This document shows, piece after piece, positions 54,800 through 60,000 of a stretch of DNA of 60,000 nt (position 1 is the first letter of the stretch; every line of letters starts with the position of its first letter). Source of the stretch: Malacoraja senta (lineage: Eukaryota); assembly GCA_038087875.1 (NCBI GenBank), contig CM075987.1, forward strand, positions 21,578,001 to 21,638,000, written 5' to 3'. The notes under the pieces are model-generated. The model ran no database searches. It was not told where the DNA came from and saw only the letters and a program-made list of their open reading frames with translations. A program made the position numbers and the translations under genes.

Positions 54800-57700
54800 C
54801 TGTTGGATAGCGAAATAAAAGAGTGATCACTTTCTTGAAACAGATCTGTATATCAACAGTTGCTTTTAATCCAAAGTTGGATAATATTGGTAGAAAATGT
54901 AAAGGAAACTGCAGATGCTGGAAACTGGAAATAAAACCAGAAAATGCTAGAAACACTCAACAGGTTAAGCAGCAGCCGTGGAAAGAGAAATAGTTAACAT
55001 TTTCAGTCCAGGGCCCTCTATTAGATCTGAGTTTCAGCGTTTTCTGTTTCATGATATAACTGAGAGGTGCTTCATCGCGAGGAGTTGTGTCTTCTACACA
55101 CACAGCAATGCCCACCGCCAATTATTGTAAGCTGACATTACACATTACACCCAGCACTACAAAGTGGACACGTAGGTACACAAAAATGCTGGAGAAACTC
55201 AGCGGGTGCAGCAGCATCTATGGAGCGAAGGAAATAGGTAACGTTTCGGGCCGAAACCCTTCTTCAGACTGAATGCTGAATCCATAGATGCTGCTGCACC
55301 CGCTGAGTTTCTCCAGCATTTTTGTGTACCTTCGATTTTCCAGCATCTGCAGTTCCTTCTTTAACAAAGTGGACACGTAATTGTGTTCCTGTTGCTTCAA
55401 CCCGAATCTGATGGATTTACTACCAAGTTTCTTGGAAGATCCATTCCTCACACTGTCTATCTAGTCTGTGAATTTTGTAATCTCAGGGTTTGAACAAGTA
55501 ACCTTTGTAGAACTTGTGGAGTACCCATATTTTAAATTTTTAATCCTTGTTGCCGATGCTTGCAGACTTCAGCCTTCTGAAACATAGCTGTCCATATGAA
55601 ACACGCGAGCTCTGGAAATTCAAATAGACTGACCAATGACCAAGAAATGAAAAATATCCCAAATGGGTTTGGAAACGAGATTGCCAAGCACTGAGAGGCT
55701 GCCAGCAACTTTAATAAAGCAAACGAGTTCCTAGTCTGAATATGTCTGCCAATTTGCGAGTAGCTTTATGAGCTTAACCTTTCCTGATGTTTTATTGTAA
55801 CTCAACTTATTTGAGTTTGGATCCTTGGAATAACTAGTGCAAGATTTGTCTTATGATTCTACGGTGTCACTTGCAGTGTAATGTTAAAAGCTGACCATGA
55901 TAAAATGGAAGAATCAGAATGCAACCTGTCTGGACTGCAACCTCCCTATACAAACTCTGGCTCAAAGGTCTCTGTATGGGACACGTGGTCCTATCTTTGA
56001 GAGTTTCACTTACTTTGCCATCTCTTTGGTCTCTGATCTAGCTGCGTCACTCTCGATCACACCCTTCAGCAGTTCAATTCCATTCTCTTTTATCAACAAT
56101 GTGCAGTATTTCTCAGCTGAAGATTTAAATTAAAAAGCGTTAATTTACAAACTGCTTTCAGCTCAAATTTAGTATCTAATTTTCTGATCCAACATTGGAC
56201 TTCTTTTTTAAAAAGTTATTAAAACGTTTTTATTCCCCAAAATATGTGCATCAAATTCAACATCTGGATTGTTTGCTTGGAGAGAGGAGAGGGGATGGGT
56301 GGGGTGAGATCAGAGGCAGCATTGAGAACTGCACAGTTGAACATTTCCCTCCCCTTCTTTCATTTGTGGGACACATTATTCTGACAATTTCACAGACCAT
56401 ATTTTCCTAGCACAATATACTGCTACTATATTAACAGCACAGACATGACTGGTTGAATGCACTGTATTATTCAACACGTATCTTGCAATTTAGGAACACC
56501 AAGTCTGGTGTGAATTATGCAATTTACTCTTAATAACTCAGCGTTTCATATTTTAAGATGAGTCGCAGGAATGTTATTAGACAAGATCTGACACTGCTCA
56601 TTGATATAGGTTTTATGAAACACCTTAGTGGAAGGAAAGAGAGTTAGAGATAGAATTTCAGAACTTCAGTTGACGACACAACAGCCGGTGGGAGGATGAA
56701 GAACATCAGGGTGTAGAGACACTGGAACTGGATCTGAAGGGTGTACATTGGGGATGTTACAGAAATGAGAAGAATCGTGGCCATGGAAGGATCTTCAAAT
56801 AAAGATTAAAACCTTCTTAGTACTGTAATGGTGATGTTTTTGAACTAGTTGTTCAGAACCCTGGAATAACAAATCCCATCATGAATATTCGTTTGAGAAA
56901 TTAAATTCCATTGCTATTGAAATCCTTGCCTACTCTGCCGTGAACGTTAGAAATATAGAGATACATCACTAAATGTTACTTACGATAGACTGATGTGAGG
57001 TTAAAGAGTGCCCAGGTTGCCCAGTGCTGGCTGACTGGAGCCACTCGCTGAGGAAGAAGGCGCAAGATTGGCTCAAATGATCTGTGGGAGAGAAGGATCA
57101 TCAGCTCAAAAAGTCGTGTGCTCAGAATACTGTCAGTGCCGTAAACATCCCATCACTAGCTAACTAGTCCATCACTAACTCTCCAACCAGCAGACGCTGT
57201 GAGGGTAATAGAAAATTTCTTAACTAACACACACTTCACCACCGCCCCTCTTTATTATGAGCAAAGTGGAAAAAATAATTAATTTGTCAAGTGGATATTT
57301 AACCAAGTCAAAACATACTGTCACTGGATAAAACATCCATCGCTGCCCAAAAAGAGTTTCCAGTGGCCAAAACAACTCTTGCTCTTGCCATAAACTTTCA
57401 ACAGTACACACACTGGCTAAAGCACTGCTGGTCAAAACAGTCTGTGACTATCCTGCCATTGACCAACACAACAGAATGATCTTCGCAAAGCTAATGACGC
57501 ACAATCCCACTGTCCCCACCACCATTCTACAGCCATCCTTAGCTCATGCCAAAGTGAATGATTCCACTTTTCACCTGTAATTAATGTTTCTTCTTGAGTT
57601 CTCATCCCAGCTGGAGATTGCTCGCCACATTCGATCCATCACTTCGACCCGGCGAGGTTCTGCGATGGTCCAGGCTTCGTCTCCATCAAATATGATATGC

Positions 57701-59265
57701 GACAGTACCCCGCAGGCATTGTACGACACCTCGATCCCATCGGCATTGCTTTCTAGGAGACGGCTGTGAAAGAAACATACAATAACATTCAATTTGTTTG
57801 AGGGAAGGGTGTGTGGATGGGGATGGGAAGAGAAAGGACAGAGAGGACTCCCCTCTCATTCTTACCGAGTAAAGTGCTCACTAGCAGATTGGAAATCCAG
57901 AAATAATTTATAAATAATAAATTTGTTTACATTGGATTAAAGTAATACAGAGCTATTCACTGTCTGATGCATCTTCACGGTTTATCGTTTGAACATTAAC
58001 CGGATTAACAAATCTAGGAGATAATATTTGTTCAATATCTTCCTCTCTCCTTCACTTAATATGTCTAGTTTATGAAGCTATAATTTGACTCTTTTAGCCT
58101 TACTTTCATTCTGATAGATCTGAGCTATACTCCTTCCAAGGCTATATCCTGGATTATCTTAATCTAATTTGATTGGTATTGGAAAATACGCTGATCTAAT
58201 CTAATTTGCCTCCTAGCCGGCACCATAGGTTAAAATTATTCCCCCAAACTTCTCCCATCCTCTTAACTCTGTAAGGAGCACACAGAGAATCACTTTCTGT
58301 ACTTCTTGGACAAAGTGGGATCAATAATAATATAGAAAAGAACAAGTGCGAAGGCAGCTCGTGTCCTGCACTGAAGGAACAAATGGATCAGACAAGCTCC
58401 TTTTCCTAACTGACTCTAATTCAGTGAGTTCTCAACAACATAGGCAGGATTCTAGCCACTGGATATGAAAATGTCAGACTGATTAGTTAAGTGGAGAGAT
58501 TGGAGAAGTCAAGCTTAGTCTCCTCTCTCCTCATCGGGTTACTACGAGATTTAGGTGCCCAAAATCATGAAAAGATTTTGATACAATAAGTAGGGAGAAA
58601 CATCTTCCACTGGCAGGACAGGCAGTAACCCAAGGTCATGCATAGATGGTAATTGCCTAAAGAACCAGAGGGAGGATAAAGATTTATTTTTAAATGTAGC
58701 GAGTTATAATTAGGAATGGATGATATGAAATGATGATGGAAGTTGATTTAATATTAACTTTCAAATGGTATATGCCTATGGATATGTAAATGAAAATTAG
58801 CAGACAATGAGAAACAAGTGGGGAAGGAGAAATAATTGGAAGGGTCTTTCAAAAGAGCCAGCACAGGCAGGATTAACTGAATGGTCTCCCCATTCAACCT
58901 CAAAGCAGAGTGACCAAGCTGAGAAGAGGTGTGTGGGTGTTGGTAAAAGCTGGGTCGGTCGAGGAGGAGACAATCTACTTACACAATTGGCTGAAACAGA
59001 TATTTAGGTGAGGATTCGATTATGGTACAAACAGTGATCGCATTCATAGAAGGCAGATGTGGGAGGAGTTGAAAAAAAGGGCAAATAAATGAAACAACTT
59101 CTGAAATTGCAAGCAAATTATTTGTTCCAACTGTTCCTTCAAAACAGACCTGAAGACGCTGATAAACTGCGTGGTCATTAGGTATGGCCGAAGTTGTTTG
59201 ACCTCAGCAACATTTCCCAAGAGTCCCAGCATGTTCCGGTGTAATTCTTGTTTTCCTTGGAATTC
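54742..59265 (-). CDS. ZER1: ZER1 (ZYG11-related CRL2 substrate receptor), last five coding exons (armadillo region to stop); 5'-partial
   Basis: Exons 59150-59265, 57575-57763, 56984-57081, 56014-56116, 54742-54799 join in frame: KQELHRNMLGLLGNVAEV, ADGIEVSYNACGVLSH, SRRNINYRSFEPILRLL, SQHWATWAL, ENFKEEQMDTSS*. Confidence 0.95.
55175..55363. mobile_element. Fold-back Penelope-like element with hammerhead core
   Basis: 16-bp TSD ACAAAGTGGACACGTA; core on the minus strand at 55240-55267. Confidence 0.8.
56014..56116 (-). CDS. ZER1: ZER1 exon (EKYCTLLIKENGIELL...ETKEMA)
   Basis: cag acceptor, gtaagt donor. Confidence 0.93.
56984..57081 (-). CDS. ZER1: ZER1 exon (SFEPILRLLPQRVAPVSQHWATWALFNLTSVY)
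   Basis: cag acceptor, gtaagt donor. Confidence 0.95.
57575..57763 (-). CDS. ZER1: ZER1 exon (RLLESNADGIEVSYNACG...SRRNINY)
   Basis: cag acceptor, gtgaaa donor. Confidence 0.95.
59150..59265 (-). CDS. ZER1: ZER1 exon (EFQGKQELHRNMLGLLGNVAEVKQLRP...)
   Basis: tag acceptor, gtctgt donor. Confidence 0.93.
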
Positions 59266-59596
59266 CTAGGATTAAGGAAGGTTAAAGAATGAGGAGAAAA
59301 GTAGGATGCATTATAAATGGACAATGAATGTCTGGGGAATTCTAACTTGCTCCTAGACCTTGGGCAGCAAACACTGGGTTCCTAAATCACAACACTACAC
59401 AGTTGAGCTCCAAGATCCTACACCAACAAAAAGTGGTCTCCAGTAACTTCAATTGTTATTTGCTCACAAGATGTGAACAATACTGGCAGTGCCAGCATTT
59501 ATGGCCAATTCTTTCATGTATCACAGAATAATTACTGATGTATCGCCTTAAAATATTACAGACCTGCTGAAGATACACCCAGTGCTGTTGGGTGGA

Positions 59597-59910
59597 GGTG
59601 GCACAGTGCCGTAGCTGGTGGAGCCGCTGCCTCATAGCACCAGAGACCTAGGTTTGATCGTGACCTTAGGGTGCTGTCTGTGCGGAGATTGCATGTTCTC
59701 AATATGACTGCATGGGTTTCCTCCGGGTGTTCCGGTTTCCTCCCGCATTCCAAAGACGTGCAGGTTTGTAGGTTAATTGGCTTCTGTAAATTGCCTTTAG
59801 TGTGTAGAGTGTAAAAGTGGTCTAATATAGAACTAGTGTACAGGTGATAGGTGGTCGGCGTGCACTCAGTGGTCCGAAGGGCCTGTGTCCATGCAATGTC
59901 TCTATATTAA
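59597..59910 (+). mobile_element. HE1-like SINE
   Basis: tRNA-like head and gggtttcctccgggtgttccggtttcctccc core. Confidence 0.8.
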
Positions 59911-60000
59911 GTTCCAAGCTTAATGTCTGACAAATTATTTCTGAGTCAGACACGTGCGCGACTTGGGAGGGAAACATACAAATGTGACATCCCTATGACC

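Overview
Eukaryotic genomic DNA from a cartilaginous fish, probably a skate or ray (inferred from HE1-type SINEs and elasmobranch-style CR1 tails). I reconstructed three known intron-containing genes from splice signals and protein motifs. They are the last 17 coding exons of a protein kinase N (PKN3 by synteny, + strand, 1519-31162), a complete 5-exon ZDHHC12 palmitoyltransferase (- strand, 34161-39048) and the last 5 exons of ZER1 (- strand, 54742-59265). This is the PKN3-ZDHHC12-ZER1 order known from human 9q34. Between ZDHHC12 and ZER1 lies an additional multi-exon, frame-consistent minus-strand gene that I do not recognise (at least 222 aa, coiled-coil-like). Introns are rich in transposons. 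A near-intact 4.55 kb CR1 LINE carries a U_UUA_AAC -1 frameshift heptamer at its ORF1/ORF2 junction. Many short TSD-flanked elements, probably Penelope-derived, carry minimal hammerhead-ribozyme cores. There are also HE1 SINEs, CR1/L2/Rex1 fragments, a Harbinger-like MITE and two long-range inverted duplications inside PKN3. Exon coordinates were counted by hand; repeat boundaries are approximate.
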